Shown: one piece after another, positions 19,047-29,214 of the stretch
How the letters are laid out: each line of letters starts with the position of its first letter
Position numbering within the stretch: position 1 is the stretch's first letter
Assembly (NCBI GenBank): GCA_965218795.1
Contig: OZ244653.1
Span: 1,696,001 to 1,760,000, forward strand
Length of the DNA stretch: 64,000 nucleotides
Source of the DNA: a bacterium
GTDB lineage: Bacteria > UBA8248 > JACPRG01 > G963555815
Direction: 5' to 3'
Made by a program: the position numbers and the translations under genes
Notes under the pieces: generated by a model
What the model was told of the DNA's origin: nothing
Seen by the model: only the letters and a program-made list of their open reading frames with translations
Databases searched by the model: none

Positions 19047-19391
19047 ATGACGGAACATCGCGTCAAACGCCCGTTCAAGCGTCCCGCGATTCATCCGGGA
19101 GAGGTCCTGCGCGAGGATGTTCTGCCGGCGCTGGACCTGTCGGCCAGCGAGGCGGCGAGACGGCTCGGGGTTTCGCGCCAGCACCTTCATCGGGTTCTGG
19201 CCTGCACGCATCCTGTCACGGTGGAAATGGCGCTGCGAGTCGGCAGGCTCGTTGGCAATGGTCCGGGGCTCTGGCTGAGGATGCAGCAGAATCACGATCT
19301 ATGGCATGCGGAACGGGGGTTGAAAAATGAACTCAAGAAGATAACGCCGGTCAAGACGCCCCCGTCTGCGTCAACAGCGACCACACCCTGA
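19047..19391 (+). CDS. higA: HigA antitoxin
   Basis: IHPGEVLREDVL, GVSRQHLH, VTVEMALR, WLRMQ..HDL. Confidence 0.9.
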   Translation: MTEHRVKRPFKRPAIHPGEVLREDVLPALDLSASEAARRLGVSRQHLHRVLACTHPVTVEMALRVGRLVGNGPGLWLRMQQNHDLWHAERGLKNELKKITPVKTPPSASTATTP

Positions 19392-19472
19392 ACGCGATCA
19401 GACCGCCGGACGAAACCTGGACTGCCGAGACCATCAAGCCGGTTTTCCGGGAGACGATGTTCGGGGGAGGAG
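19370..19472 (+). repeat. 3' remnant of an older mod allele (copy of about 18542-18645)
   Basis: About 100-bp diverged direct repeat; substitutions mostly synonymous in the mod frame. Confidence 0.9.
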
Positions 19473-19476
19473 GATC

Positions 19477-20385
19477 ATGGCGCACGAAAAGGACGATGAT
19501 TTCTACAAGCTGACCTTCTCGCAGCGAGAAGGCAAAACCCCGCTCCCCGAGCCTATGCGATTGGAGCATATTCCATAGAAATTCAGACAGGCAGTATGGT
19601 TGTTGATAGGGAATAAAATTGCTGCCGAATCGGACATGTCTTACGGTCGTTTCTGGAATGGACCTTATAATAATATGGATGTTATTATTCATTCATACGA
19701 ATTTCAAATCCTTGATAAGTGTCATGATGACAGAGGATATTGCGGACCAGAAGAATCCGCCGAATTTTTTAAGAAATGGATACGTGATGGGGATTACCAC
19801 GAAGTCCTGACATTGATTGAATTCATCCTGCGGCATGAATGCTGTTCGGAAAACCTGCGCCGGGGCTTGGTTGACGACTTTGATAGTGCTCCAATCGCTT
19901 ATTTCGTGGACGACAAAAACGGACGTCCCACTATTATGCCGCGGTTCAGCCGTGAAGCCGGTGAGGCGACGCAACAGGCAATCGAGACGCTCCGCGAAAG
20001 CAACATGGACCCAGCGGCGACGCATCTGCGCCAAGCGGCGGAGCATATCAATGCGCAGCAATATGCGGATTCGATTACTGACAGCATCGGCGCTGTTGAA
20101 TCTGTTGCTCGTCGAATCGCTCCAAACTCGAACACGCTCGGCGACGCGCTGAAAGCCCTTGAGAGAAAAGGGCTACTCTCCAATCAGCAGCTTAAAGCCG
20201 GGTTCGAGAAAATTTACGCCTATACCAACAGCGAAGAAGGTGTCCGTCATGCACAAGTGTTCAAAGACTCGCTGGATGTCGGCCTGAACGAGGCCGTGTT
20301 CATGTTCGGGGCGTGCGCGTCCTTCGCGGCCTACCTTGCCGACAAGCACCGGCAGGCCGAAGGGCGGGAGGCCGACGCTGAATGA
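19477..20385 (+). pseudogene. AbiJ N-terminal domain 4-like protein with premature stop
   Basis: GGAGG RBS, ATG 19477, LTFSQREG..PLP motif; in-frame TAG at 19576-19578; C-terminal HEPN-like SIGAVES...IYAYTNSEEGVRH. Confidence 0.7.
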
Positions 20386-23300
20386 CGGCACTTACGAACC
20401 GCCTCGTCCTGCACCGCTTCATGTGCCGTGAGTTCGGTTATCGCGATCTGCCGGATATGCTCGACCGACTCCGCGATCTGGCGCCAAGCCGCGAAGGGGC
20501 GAACGAGAGCGCGTACGTCCAGGCCCTTGCCCTCTACATGAACCTCGCCCACGCCAAGGTCACCCCGGAACAGCTTGCCGAATACGACGCCAACGTCGCC
20601 GCGCACAGCCGCCGGCTGCGCATGACGGGAGAGCGCGGCCGGACCTGGAAGCCCCATCAATACCTCGCTTTGCTCTTCACCGAGCATTACTTCAACCGTT
20701 ATTTCGACGACGCCGAAAAGCTGCGCATCGACCTGAACGAGGCGAAGCGCCAGGACCCGCTGACCCGCGCTATGCCGGACTACGCGCCGGACGACCTGCG
20801 CACCGTCGCCTTCCAGAGCGCGACGGGTTCCGGCAAGACGCTCATCATGCACGCCCACGTTCTCCAATTCCAACACTACGTGAACCGGGCCGGCGGGCGG
20901 CTCAACAACGTCGTCCTGCTGACGCCGAACGAGCAGATGTCGGGACAGCACGAGCGCGAGTTGCGGGAAAGCGGGCTGCACGCGCGGCTGTTCTCCAGCG
21001 AGGCCGGGGCGGACCTGCTCGCGCCCATAGAGATCATCGACCTGAACAAGCTGGCCGAGAAGAAGGGCGTGAAGCGCGTCGCGGTGAGCGATTTCGGCGA
21101 GAACAACCTGGTGCTGGTGGACGAGGGGCACCTGGGCGCATCGGGCAAGGTGTGGCGCGAGCGCCGCAAGGAATTGTCACGCGGCGGCTTCACATTCGAG
21201 TATTCCGCGACCTTCAACCAGGTGGTAGAGAAGGACCGCGGCCTGCTGGACGCCTACGGCAAATGCCTGCTGTTCGATTACGCCTATGGCCGGTTTCACA
21301 AAGACGGCTACGGCAAGGACTACGCCATCTCGAACCTGCCGGGTGGAATGGAGGACGCGAACAGCAACATGTACCTGCTCGGCTGCCTGCTGACTTTCTA
21401 CCAGCAATGCCGCATCTGGCGGGGACAAGGCGCGGGCTGGCTGGAATTCAACGTCACCAGGCCGCTGTGGGTGTTTCTGGGCAAGACCGTCACCGGCTCC
21501 GGCAAGGCGGACACGGCGACAAAATCCGACGTCGTCCTCATCCTGGACTTCCTCGGCTGGGCGCTGGCGCATGGCAACGCGGCGCGGTCCATGATTGACA
21601 GCCTGCTGGCCGGCCGGTCCGGCCTGCCCGACGAGGCGGGCAGGGACTACTTCGCCGGCCGGTTCGACTATCTCAATCGAATCCCGCAGGGCGACCTCTA
21701 CGCCGATATGTGCGAAGCCCTGTTCCACGGACAGGGAAAGCTGCACGTCGTCTACCTGACCGCCGGAGAAGGCGAACTGCACCTGCGCAGCGCGGACAAT
21801 CCCGTGTTCGGCGTGGTCAATATCGGCGATTCGGCGGCGCTCTACAATATGCTCACCGAGAACGCCAATCCCGATCTCGCGGTCGAACGGGAAGCGGGCT
21901 TCGCCGAACGGCTGTTCGCCGGCGTGGACCGGACGGATTCGACCGTGAACGTCGTGATCGGCGCGCGGCGCTTCATCGCCGGCTGGAACTCCTGGCGCGT
22001 GAGCACGATGGGGCTGATGCACGTCGGCGTCGGCGAAGGACCGGAGATCATCCAGATGTTCGGGCGCGGCGTGCGTCTGAAGGGCTGGAAAACGAGCCTG
22101 AAGCGCCACCGGAAAAGTGGGGCGGAACCCCCGAAAGACAGCGCCGACCTCGCAGAACTGGAAACCCTGCACATCTTCGGGCTGCGCGCCAACTACATGC
22201 AGACCTTCCGCGACTTGCTGGAAAAGGAAGGAGTACGCATAGAGCAGGAAACGATTGCATTGCCCGTTACCTGGAACTTCGGAAAGAAAACGGACCTGAA
22301 ACTGATCCGTCTCATGGGTGATCTGAGGTATGAACGCTCCGAGGCGCGCGTGACGCTCCCGGACCCCGGCGATACGGATAGCCCCTTCATAACGCTCGAT
22401 TTGTACTCGCAGCTTCAATCCGCGGCATCCGGCGAAGTAGCTTCCGCCGCCTCCCCGCATAAGACGCCGGTGAGACTTGAGCCGCGCCACACCGCTTTTT
22501 TCAACCCAACCCATATGTATGACAAGCTGCTGAGGCGGAAACGGCAGAACGGTTGGCACAATCTGAACATCGAACCGGAGACTGTCGAGCGCCTTTTGCG
22601 AAATACGGACTGGTATGACCTGTACATGCCGCCGGAACGGCTGCCCGTGACCGATTTTCGGAACATGAAGGATCTGGAGGATATCGCCGTCGATCTCATC
22701 GCCGAATACGCCGACCGGTTCTGGCGCAAGAAGCGCAGGCAATGGGAGCACGGCAGGCTCGATGTGGCGGCGCTGGACGAGAACGACCCGAACAATATCG
22801 GGGAGTATCGGCTGTCGGTGGACGCGCGGGAGACGCAGTTGGTCGATGACGTTCGCGAACTCGCGTCGCACCTCCGGGAGGGCCGCATCCATCACCTGGA
22901 ACTCGCCGTCATCAAGACCGACGCCCACGCCTACAAGCCGCTCCTGCACGCGGACAAGGATTGCAAGGTCACCATCCAGCCTGTCGCTCTGGACGAAAAC
23001 GAAAAGACCGTTGTCGAGAAACTGGCCGAACTGGCCGAGAGCGGCGACCTCTGCCTGCGCGGCCGGGAACTGTTCCTGATCCGCAATCTGCCGCGCGGCC
23101 GGGGCTTGTCGTTCTTCGACGATTTCGCCTACTACCCCGACTTCATCGTCTGGCTGAAGGACGGCGGCCGCCAGGATGTCGTCTTCCTCGATCCCAAGGG
23201 CCTGGCGCGGTACGGCCCGCGAGAACGCGACAAGGTGCAGCTGCATGACGAGATCAAGGAAATCGAGGCTCAGGTGCGCAACACCGACCCGAACCTGCGC

Positions 23301-23459
23301 CTGCACGCCTACGTCCTGTCCGTCACGCCGCCCGACCAGATCGGCGGCGAGTCCCGTCCGAAATCCGAATGGGAGCAGGCCGGCGTTTACTTCCTGCAAG
23401 ACCCGGACTGCCTGAACAATCTTATCGGGGATGTCCTTGAGGCGCCGCCGGCCGATTGA
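20382..23459 (+). CDS. res: Type III RM restriction subunit (SF2 helicase-nuclease)
   Basis: ATGSGKT, VDEGH, EYSATF, QMFGRGVRL, YPDFIVW...FLDPKG. Confidence 0.9.
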   Translation: MTALTNRLVLHRFMCREFGYRDLPDMLDRLRDLAPSREGANESAYVQALALYMNLAHAKVTPEQLAEYDANVAAHSRRLRMTGERGRTWKPHQYLALLFTEHYFNRYFDDAEKLRIDLNEAKRQDPLTRAMPDYAPDDLRTVAFQSATGSGKTLIMHAHVLQFQHYVNRAGGRLNNVVLLTPNEQMSGQHERELRESGLHARLFSSEAGADLLAPIEIIDLNKLAEKKGVKRVAVSDFGENNLVLVDEGHLGASGKVWRERRKELSRGGFTFEYSATFNQVVEKDRGLLDAYGKCLLFDYAYGRFHKDGYGKDYAISNLPGGMEDANSNMYLLGCLLTFYQQCRIWRGQGAGWLEFNVTRPLWVFLGKTVTGSGKADTATKSDVVLILDFLGWALAHGNAARSMIDSLLAGRSGLPDEAGRDYFAGRFDYLNRIPQGDLYADMCEALFHGQGKLHVVYLTAGEGELHLRSADNPVFGVVNIGDSAALYNMLTENANPDLAVEREAGFAERLFAGVDRTDSTVNVVIGARRFIAGWNSWRVSTMGLMHVGVGEGPEIIQMFGRGVRLKGWKTSLKRHRKSGAEPPKDSADLAELETLHIFGLRANYMQTFRDLLEKEGVRIEQETIALPVTWNFGKKTDLKLIRLMGDLRYERSEARVTLPDPGDTDSPFITLDLYSQLQSAASGEVASAASPHKTPVRLEPRHTAFFNPTHMYDKLLRRKRQNGWHNLNIEPETVERLLRNTDWYDLYMPPERLPVTDFRNMKDLEDIAVDLIAEYADRFWRKKRRQWEHGRLDVAALDENDPNNIGEYRLSVDARETQLVDDVRELASHLREGRIHHLELAVIKTDAHAYKPLLHADKDCKVTIQPVALDENEKTVVEKLAELAESGDLCLRGRELFLIRNLPRGRGLSFFDDFAYYPDFIVWLKDGGRQDVVFLDPKGLARYGPRERDKVQLHDEIKEIEAQVRNTDPNLRLHAYVLSVTPPDQIGGESRPKSEWEQAGVYFLQDPDCLNNLIGDVLEAPPAD

Positions 23460-23587
23460 CCTTGCCCCGGATGGTCACTCGTCCAGCACGGACCGGCAGA
23501 AGTTCCATCGCGCCGCCGTATCATGACGGCGCCAGCCAGTCACAAATCCCATCATTCCCGAAACGAAAGGGGTTGCCCTCTTCGACT

Positions 23588-24430
23588 TCACCGCTCGATG
23601 GGCATGCCCACCATGCTGCCCCACTCGGTCCAGGAACCATCGTAGCTTTTCACGCTCGGGTAACCCAACAGGCACTTCAAGACGAACCAGACCAGAGAGG
23701 CCCGGTGGCTCATGCGGCAATAGACGATAATGTCCCTGCCCGGCGCGGCCCCGATGGATTCCAGCCGCGCCCGGAGCTCGTCGATGGGAAGAAACGTATC
23801 ATCCTCCCGGACCAGTTCCGCCCAATGCAGATGAACGGCCCCCGGAATGCGTCCGGCGCGTTCAGCCCCATGGTCCGGCATCCCCGGAGGCGCCACCCGC
23901 TCTCCCCTGTACTCCTCGATGGCCCGGACGTCCAACAGAAAATGACTGGAATCCGGCAAACCGGCCAGGATCTCCTCCCGCGTCGCGCGGATGCCTTCAT
24001 CGGCCGGGCCGGGTTGATAATCCACGGGCGAGGGCGAGGGAACCTCATCGGTCAAGGGACGGCCCTCCGCGGTCCACTTCGTCCGTCCACCATGCAGGAG
24101 CCGGACATCCGGATGCCCCCGCAGCTTCAAGACAAAAAGGGCATAGGTCGCAAACCGGCTGGAATCGCCATAGAGAATCACCGTCGTGTCATTCGAGATC
24201 CCCGTCCTGCCCATGAGGTCGGAAAAGGCTTCGCCCTCGATGAACTCCCGGTTCGCGGGGTGCCACAGGTCCTCTTTCCACCGCCAGCTGAGCGCTCCCG
24301 GGATATGGCCCTGTTCGTACCCGTCCGCCGGGTCCCAATCGACTTCGATGACTCGGAGGTTCGGGTCTTCCAGACGCCCGGCCAGCCGGTCGGTCTCAAT
24401 CAAACGGGAATTCTCTGCCTCTTTCATCAT
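23588..24430 (-). CDS. Tandem rhodanese sulfurtransferase
   Basis: GHIPGA, YCRMSHRA active loop, YDGSWTEW. Confidence 0.9.
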   Translation of the reverse strand: MMKEAENSRLIETDRLAGRLEDPNLRVIEVDWDPADGYEQGHIPGALSWRWKEDLWHPANREFIEGEAFSDLMGRTGISNDTTVILYGDSSRFATYALFVLKLRGHPDVRLLHGGRTKWTAEGRPLTDEVPSPSPVDYQPGPADEGIRATREEILAGLPDSSHFLLDVRAIEEYRGERVAPPGMPDHGAERAGRIPGAVHLHWAELVREDDTFLPIDELRARLESIGAAPGRDIIVYCRMSHRASLVWFVLKCLLGYPSVKSYDGSWTEWGSMVGMPIER

Positions 24431-24464
24431 CGACTGCTCATCTTCCTCATGCCTCTATCGCGCG

Positions 24465-24938
24465 CTACACCATGTTCAGCCCCAGCGAATAGGCGTAACC
24501 GGAAAGCAGGAGATTCACAATGGTTCCGGTATGCAGTCTTCGAAGGGTCTTGAGCTGGTCCTCCATCGGCATCTCGAATTGCCGAAGCTCGAGGGGCGCG
24601 TTGGCCCGCGTCACCTTCAACCCGACACCGAAGAACATATGGGCGCTGTACAAGGCGATCAGGAAGAAGATCAGCAGCTTCTGGCCCAGGCTGTGGAACA
24701 TGACCTCGAAGAACTGGACCCCGATCCGGACCTTCAGCTCGGTGATCAGCATCGCGCCGGTCATCAGGATGATGCCGAGGAGGACAAGGATGACCGGGTG
24801 GTAAATCACCAATACCCTGGAGAACCTTCCCATGCATTCCTCCGGGGGCAATCGCTTCAGAAAGGGTACCCCAATGGCCATGAGGAGCAGACACAATCCG
24901 TAAACCGTTGCGGACCAGTAGTGAATTTGCAGAAGCAT
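24465..24938 (-). CDS. Four-TM membrane protein (CopD-like)
   Basis: Four hydrophobic helices, ILMTG and QKL motifs; start chosen by RBS. Confidence 0.5.
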   Translation of the reverse strand: MLLQIHYWSATVYGLCLLLMAIGVPFLKRLPPEECMGRFSRVLVIYHPVILVLLGIILMTGAMLITELKVRIGVQFFEVMFHSLGQKLLIFFLIALYSAHMFFGVGLKVTRANAPLELRQFEMPMEDQLKTLRRLHTGTIVNLLLSGYAYSLGLNMV

Positions 24939-25151
24939 CCCATTTCCTTCGAGATTGACTGATCCGCTTGCGACGCAATCCGGATCAGAGTTTAGCCGAG
25001 ATGAATCCGGAGGGGAAAGCAACAGGGCCCGATTCGTCCTGGGTTCATCCATCGAACGATATTCAAAGCGGTCCTCGCCGCGCTCTCCATTGGACAGGGT
25101 TGACACGGGGAAGAATGGCAAGGCGGGACTCTGCCCTGTCACCCCCGGGAT

Positions 25152-25958
25152 TCAGCGGGCCGGTTCTTCCCTGGACCGTTCCGCCATCTCCACCATTTCC
25201 CGGCGGGCATCCCCGGGCGTCTCAATCGGATTGGAGAACGCAAGGCGAATCGGCCGCCAGCCTTTTTCCGTTTCAGCCGACATCTCGAAACCGTAGCGAT
25301 CGACCCCCGTCATCACCGCGGCCTTTGCATCGACGGCCTTTGAAAAGGCCCGGCAATATCCGACCATCGCATCGGCGTGATCGGCATTCATGTGATCGAT
25401 GATCGCCTTGGCGTGCGCACCAATGGGATCCGCGCGGCTGCCGAACCAGTCTTCCTTCGTCACCCAGGACATCCGCCCATACCCTCCGATGTAGCGGACG
25501 GATTCCACGCGAAGCTTCCAAAAGGAGAAATCCTTATAATCCACATAGAATTTCGCACTGGGGTGGATCTCCAGGAAGGCGCCCCGGGCGGACTCCCGTT
25601 CCACATCGGCGGACATCGGGGAACAATCCCCGATCAGCGTGACGCGCCCATTGGCCAGCGGGTCCTCTTGTTCATTTTCGGCCACCAAAAGAGAACTGCG
25701 CACATCAGCCCTGAGGTTCCGGGTGTGCTCCGCCAAGTCGCTGATCAGGAACACGGCGTGACCCTCGTCCAGCGCAAAGGTCACGAACGAGCCGTAGGGA
25801 TAGCCCTCGGGTTCTCTCGCCATCGTGCAGAGGGTTCCGGTTTTCTGAGAAGCCGTCAGGGTGCTCGCCCGCTCACCGTGCGTCGGCGCGGGCACGTCCG
25901 GGTCGTATAACAGCCCTTCCGGTTCGCCGCCGGGTCTGGCGTGCGCCCCTTCCGTCAT
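25152..25958 (-). CDS. HugZ-like PNPOx split-barrel + DUF2470 protein
   Basis: GYPYGS, ISDLAEHTRNL, YIGGYGRM, IIDHMNADH, GVDRYG. Confidence 0.85.
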   Translation of the reverse strand: MTEGAHARPGGEPEGLLYDPDVPAPTHGERASTLTASQKTGTLCTMAREPEGYPYGSFVTFALDEGHAVFLISDLAEHTRNLRADVRSSLLVAENEQEDPLANGRVTLIGDCSPMSADVERESARGAFLEIHPSAKFYVDYKDFSFWKLRVESVRYIGGYGRMSWVTKEDWFGSRADPIGAHAKAIIDHMNADHADAMVGYCRAFSKAVDAKAAVMTGVDRYGFEMSAETEKGWRPIRLAFSNPIETPGDARREMVEMAERSREEPAR

Positions 25959-26100
25959 GACGACAACCCCATTCTCAAAGGAGGACCTGCTTCATGCCTT
26001 CCTTGAACCAACCCAATCCATCTCCGCTGACATGGTTCATATGGTACACTCAAAACCAGTCCGCAAGTCACAAGATGCTGTCTCAAAGAGGAGAATTCCA

Positions 26101-26439
26101 TTGAATGTGGAAGCGCTGATCACCCGGTTTCCGGAGATCAAGGAAGACCTGTTGGGGGAGCCGCTCCTCGCGCGATTCGCGGAAACCTTCGGGGATCAAC
26201 TGGCGGTTGCCGTGCCGCCCGCCCCCTGCTCCACGGATTATGAAGCCGCCAATCACTACTACCTCAAGCTGATGAACCCGATTGCCTTCTATCGCCTGGG
26301 TCTCAGCACGCGGGAGAAAGTCCTACAACATATTCAGTCCCTGCTGGACAAGTACGACGCGGACCCCGAAGGGTTGATCGCCTCCCTGACGCCCGAAAAC
26401 GCCGCCGCCCGCGAAGCGCGGGGGCCGGGCTGCGAATAG
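26101..26439 (+). CDS. Hypothetical protein (112 aa)
   Basis: GAGGAG RBS, TTG start, GC3-rich codons; ends GPGCE. Confidence 0.6.
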   Translation: MNVEALITRFPEIKEDLLGEPLLARFAETFGDQLAVAVPPAPCSTDYEAANHYYLKLMNPIAFYRLGLSTREKVLQHIQSLLDKYDADPEGLIASLTPENAAAREARGPGCE

Positions 26440-26789
26440 CGGCTCATTCAATCGCCATTTCCAATCGCCGTTCCGATGATCCTGAACCATGTATTTTTAT
26501 TTTCACATGATTAACTTTTCACTCGAAAACACTCAACGGAATCACGTGATGGGTCACCATCCATCTCAGGCAGGGGCCTCATCGATTCCCTCCCGTGGAT
26601 TCCCGGTTCAAACCTTCGGGAATGCCCCCGCCTGGGACACGCCGGGGGCAGGCTCGTCGAGGCTCGGCGGGGACCTGCCCGTCATTCCCGCGCAGCCCGC
26701 CGCTTGTCATCCCTGGGCAAGCAGGAATCCCCCCTCCCCACTCATGGGATTCCAACAAGCGGCTAACCGCCTCGATGGGCCGTCTTCGA

Positions 26790-27557
26790 CTATCCGACCC
26801 GGCCGATGACAGGGAGCTTCAGGGCGGGAGGGTTCAGATCCAAACCCAGGGTCAGGCCCAGAACATTCAGCTCGAACCCCTCCTCGATCCCCACGGTGAA
26901 CCCGAGCAAACCCCCGAGGGAGACCTGGAAGCCCCAGCCGTTCGGGGTTCGGGCCCACCAGGATTCGTTCAGCAGATAATCCTTGCCCACGGCAGTCGGG
27001 GGAAGCTCCGCTTTGAGCTCGGGAACCTCCCGGACGACAAAGGCCATAAACGTGTTGCTGTTCGGACCCGGCCAAACTTGATACAGATGCGGGTAGCGCT
27101 TGACCGCGTCCTGGACCTTCGGAATGGCCTCCTCCGCCGCCTTGCCCCTTAATTCGTAAACCATATCTGGGTCCGCGCCATGCCACTGCCGATCCGGATG
27201 GATGACTTCTCGCACCCGCATGGGATGTTCCTCGGGGTAGGGCCACCAGCCCATCACCTGCAAGATCGTATACATCGGAGCGCCTTTCGTCTTGAAGGCG
27301 ATCCAGGTGTGAACCGCAAAGACGGCCCTCCACCGGTAGGCTCGTGCGGCATAAATCTGAACCAGCGCATCTTCCGTTGTCCGAGGGTCGGGCGCGACCC
27401 CGATGCTCTTATCGCAGCCGAAGCAGCGGGCGCTTCCCAGGCGCGCTTGCCGGCACCCTTCAATCGAGCAAACGGCCATGAACAAGAAGACCAGCAGGAC
27501 GGCAACCCGCCCTCCCCGATTCGAAATTCGTCTCGCGGATCGGCTCTTTTCCTTCAA
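26790..27557 (-). CDS. DUF3750 domain protein
   Basis: YAAR..WR..FAVHTWI, WPGPNSNTF, LPPTAVGKDY, EGFELNVLGL. Confidence 0.85.
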   Translation of the reverse strand: MKEKSRSARRISNRGGRVAVLLVFLFMAVCSIEGCRQARLGSARCFGCDKSIGVAPDPRTTEDALVQIYAARAYRWRAVFAVHTWIAFKTKGAPMYTILQVMGWWPYPEEHPMRVREVIHPDRQWHGADPDMVYELRGKAAEEAIPKVQDAVKRYPHLYQVWPGPNSNTFMAFVVREVPELKAELPPTAVGKDYLLNESWWARTPNGWGFQVSLGGLLGFTVGIEEGFELNVLGLTLGLDLNPPALKLPVIGRVG

Positions 27558-27601
27558 GGTTTCCGCGCCTCTTCCTGGTTAGACGGTCCAACCCGGAGAA
27601 A

Positions 27602-28924
27602 TCATGGTTTCGTGCCGACCGCGCAATGATGAGGCAGAGAAAAGAAGAAAGCGCCTTCGGCCACAGAATCCGAAACGGCCTTGCCCCAGCTCTTCGCCTC
27701 GGCCCCGCCAAGGTGCGGCAGGATCCGCTGACGCAGAATCTCGACCCAGTAGTCGCCCTGAAATTCGGCCAGCTGCGGGTACAGCTTCAACTGCTTGAGG
27801 CCGGATTCCCGAAATCTCCTGTAGAGTCCGGCATCCGCGCAGCCGTTTTCTTCGGCCGGCCCCCGGATCGATTCAATTTTCGCCTTGAGATCCCGCGGCA
27901 TGTCCACATTTCCCCACCAGGGCATATCATTGGCCCTGACGATGACGGCAACTCTCCCTCCGGGTTTCGTCACCCGGATCAACTCTGCCAGCATCCGGTC
28001 GGCATCCAGCTCCTCCATGACCGTGCACGAGTAGGTGACGTCAAAATCTCCATCGGGAAAACCCAAATCGCTCGCATTGCCGTGACGAAAACCGATGACC
28101 TCATCAAGACGCTCTTTTCGGACGATGGATTCCGCCTCCCGAAGCAGGTATCCGTTGATATCCACGGCCGTGATGGGGTTCCTTCCCTCCGTCCTTCGGG
28201 CCGCCCAGCGATCGAGCACTCCGGAGCCGCACCCGACATCGAGAATCCTCTCTCCCGGCCGCAGGCTGATTTCATCGAACAGATTTCGGACCATTCCGAT
28301 GAATCCCGGCGCGGAACCTCTCGCCTCGAGGAGAGCGACGAACCCCAGGTGGGGGCCGCCGAGCGTGATGGTGCAAAAGTCCCGGGAGAGCATCGGGATC
28401 AGCGGCTCCCACTGGGAAGGCGCGAGGGTCAACGGCATGAGCAGGAGAGGCGGACCTGACCCCTGAACCCTGTAAGAGATCCCCGCGTGTTCACCCTCTC
28501 CGTTCGGATGAGAGGCCGCGGCGGTCTCGTCGCCGGATTCGAGTCCCGCGAGAAACCCGGGCATCTCGTTCTGAATTGAAGCGAGCTGATCGCGAACGAC
28601 GTCCGCCCAGGCCGGGCCGAAGTAACCCTCGTGGACGGCGAGCCTGGCATCCGGCATCGCGGCCGCTTCCCGCAGGACCTTTTCCTCGAAGGCTCCCTGG
28701 TCGCCCGTCAATATGAGGAGGCGCGAGCCGAACGGTTTCAAGACCTCGACGTCGACGCTTGGCGGGGAAACCAACGTCAATGATGCGACCCGCTCCGGAT
28801 ACGCCCTCGCCAGACCTCCCCAATCCTGAGCCGATCGAGCCGCAAGGTGCGCCCGATTCACTCCAAGATGGTCGAGAAGCTGGACGAGGCGCCCGGCCAA
28901 GGCGCCGCTGGTTTCCGCGGCCAT
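27602..28924 (-). CDS. Alpha/beta-hydrolase-like + class I SAM methyltransferase fusion
   Basis: N-terminal LLDHLG..RAHL/PERVASLTLV; C-terminal LDVGCGSG, FPDGDFD, RVTKPGGRV. Confidence 0.75.
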   Translation of the reverse strand: MAAETSGALAGRLVQLLDHLGVNRAHLAARSAQDWGGLARAYPERVASLTLVSPPSVDVEVLKPFGSRLLILTGDQGAFEEKVLREAAAMPDARLAVHEGYFGPAWADVVRDQLASIQNEMPGFLAGLESGDETAAASHPNGEGEHAGISYRVQGSGPPLLLMPLTLAPSQWEPLIPMLSRDFCTITLGGPHLGFVALLEARGSAPGFIGMVRNLFDEISLRPGERILDVGCGSGVLDRWAARRTEGRNPITAVDINGYLLREAESIVRKERLDEVIGFRHGNASDLGFPDGDFDVTYSCTVMEELDADRMLAELIRVTKPGGRVAVIVRANDMPWWGNVDMPRDLKAKIESIRGPAEENGCADAGLYRRFRESGLKQLKLYPQLAEFQGDYWVEILRQRILPHLGGAEAKSWGKAVSDSVAEGAFFFSLPHHCAVGTKP

Positions 28925-29214
28925 TGAATTCTCCCGCGATCAACAAACGGAACGCCCGCCATTCCCGCATGAAGACATCTGAACGCGATGGACTGAACCG
29001 CGAGAGCGGACGCGAAGAGGCTCGCACACCATTTCCGGGAGACCGACGGGACGATTCCAACCCGTCTCAGTCTAGCACGGCCGAGCCGGCTCACCGTTCT
29101 GCCATGCCCTGCTTCCGCCGGCGGTCTTTGCTGTTGTTCAACCATCAAGTCGCTGTCATAATTTCACACGCGCGGAACTTTTCGTTCTTCAATCAGTCCA
29201 CCCGAACCGAGAGC

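Noticed and set aside
19576-19578. Pyrrolysine/readthrough at the AbiJ-like TAG
   Set aside because: No pyl genes or supporting context; a point nonsense change or read error is simpler
21177-23399. Long antisense ORFs (also 9070-10434, 15944-17299, 36990-38429, 38462-39592, 51659-53029)
   Set aside because: Shadows of high-GC3 genes on the opposite strand, with no recognisable motifs
28759-29214. N-terminal extensions of track ORFs (XDH; likewise CI, NMT1, MFS, PKS)
   Set aside because: Low-complexity extensions, some overlapping neighbouring genes; downstream starts fit family lengths
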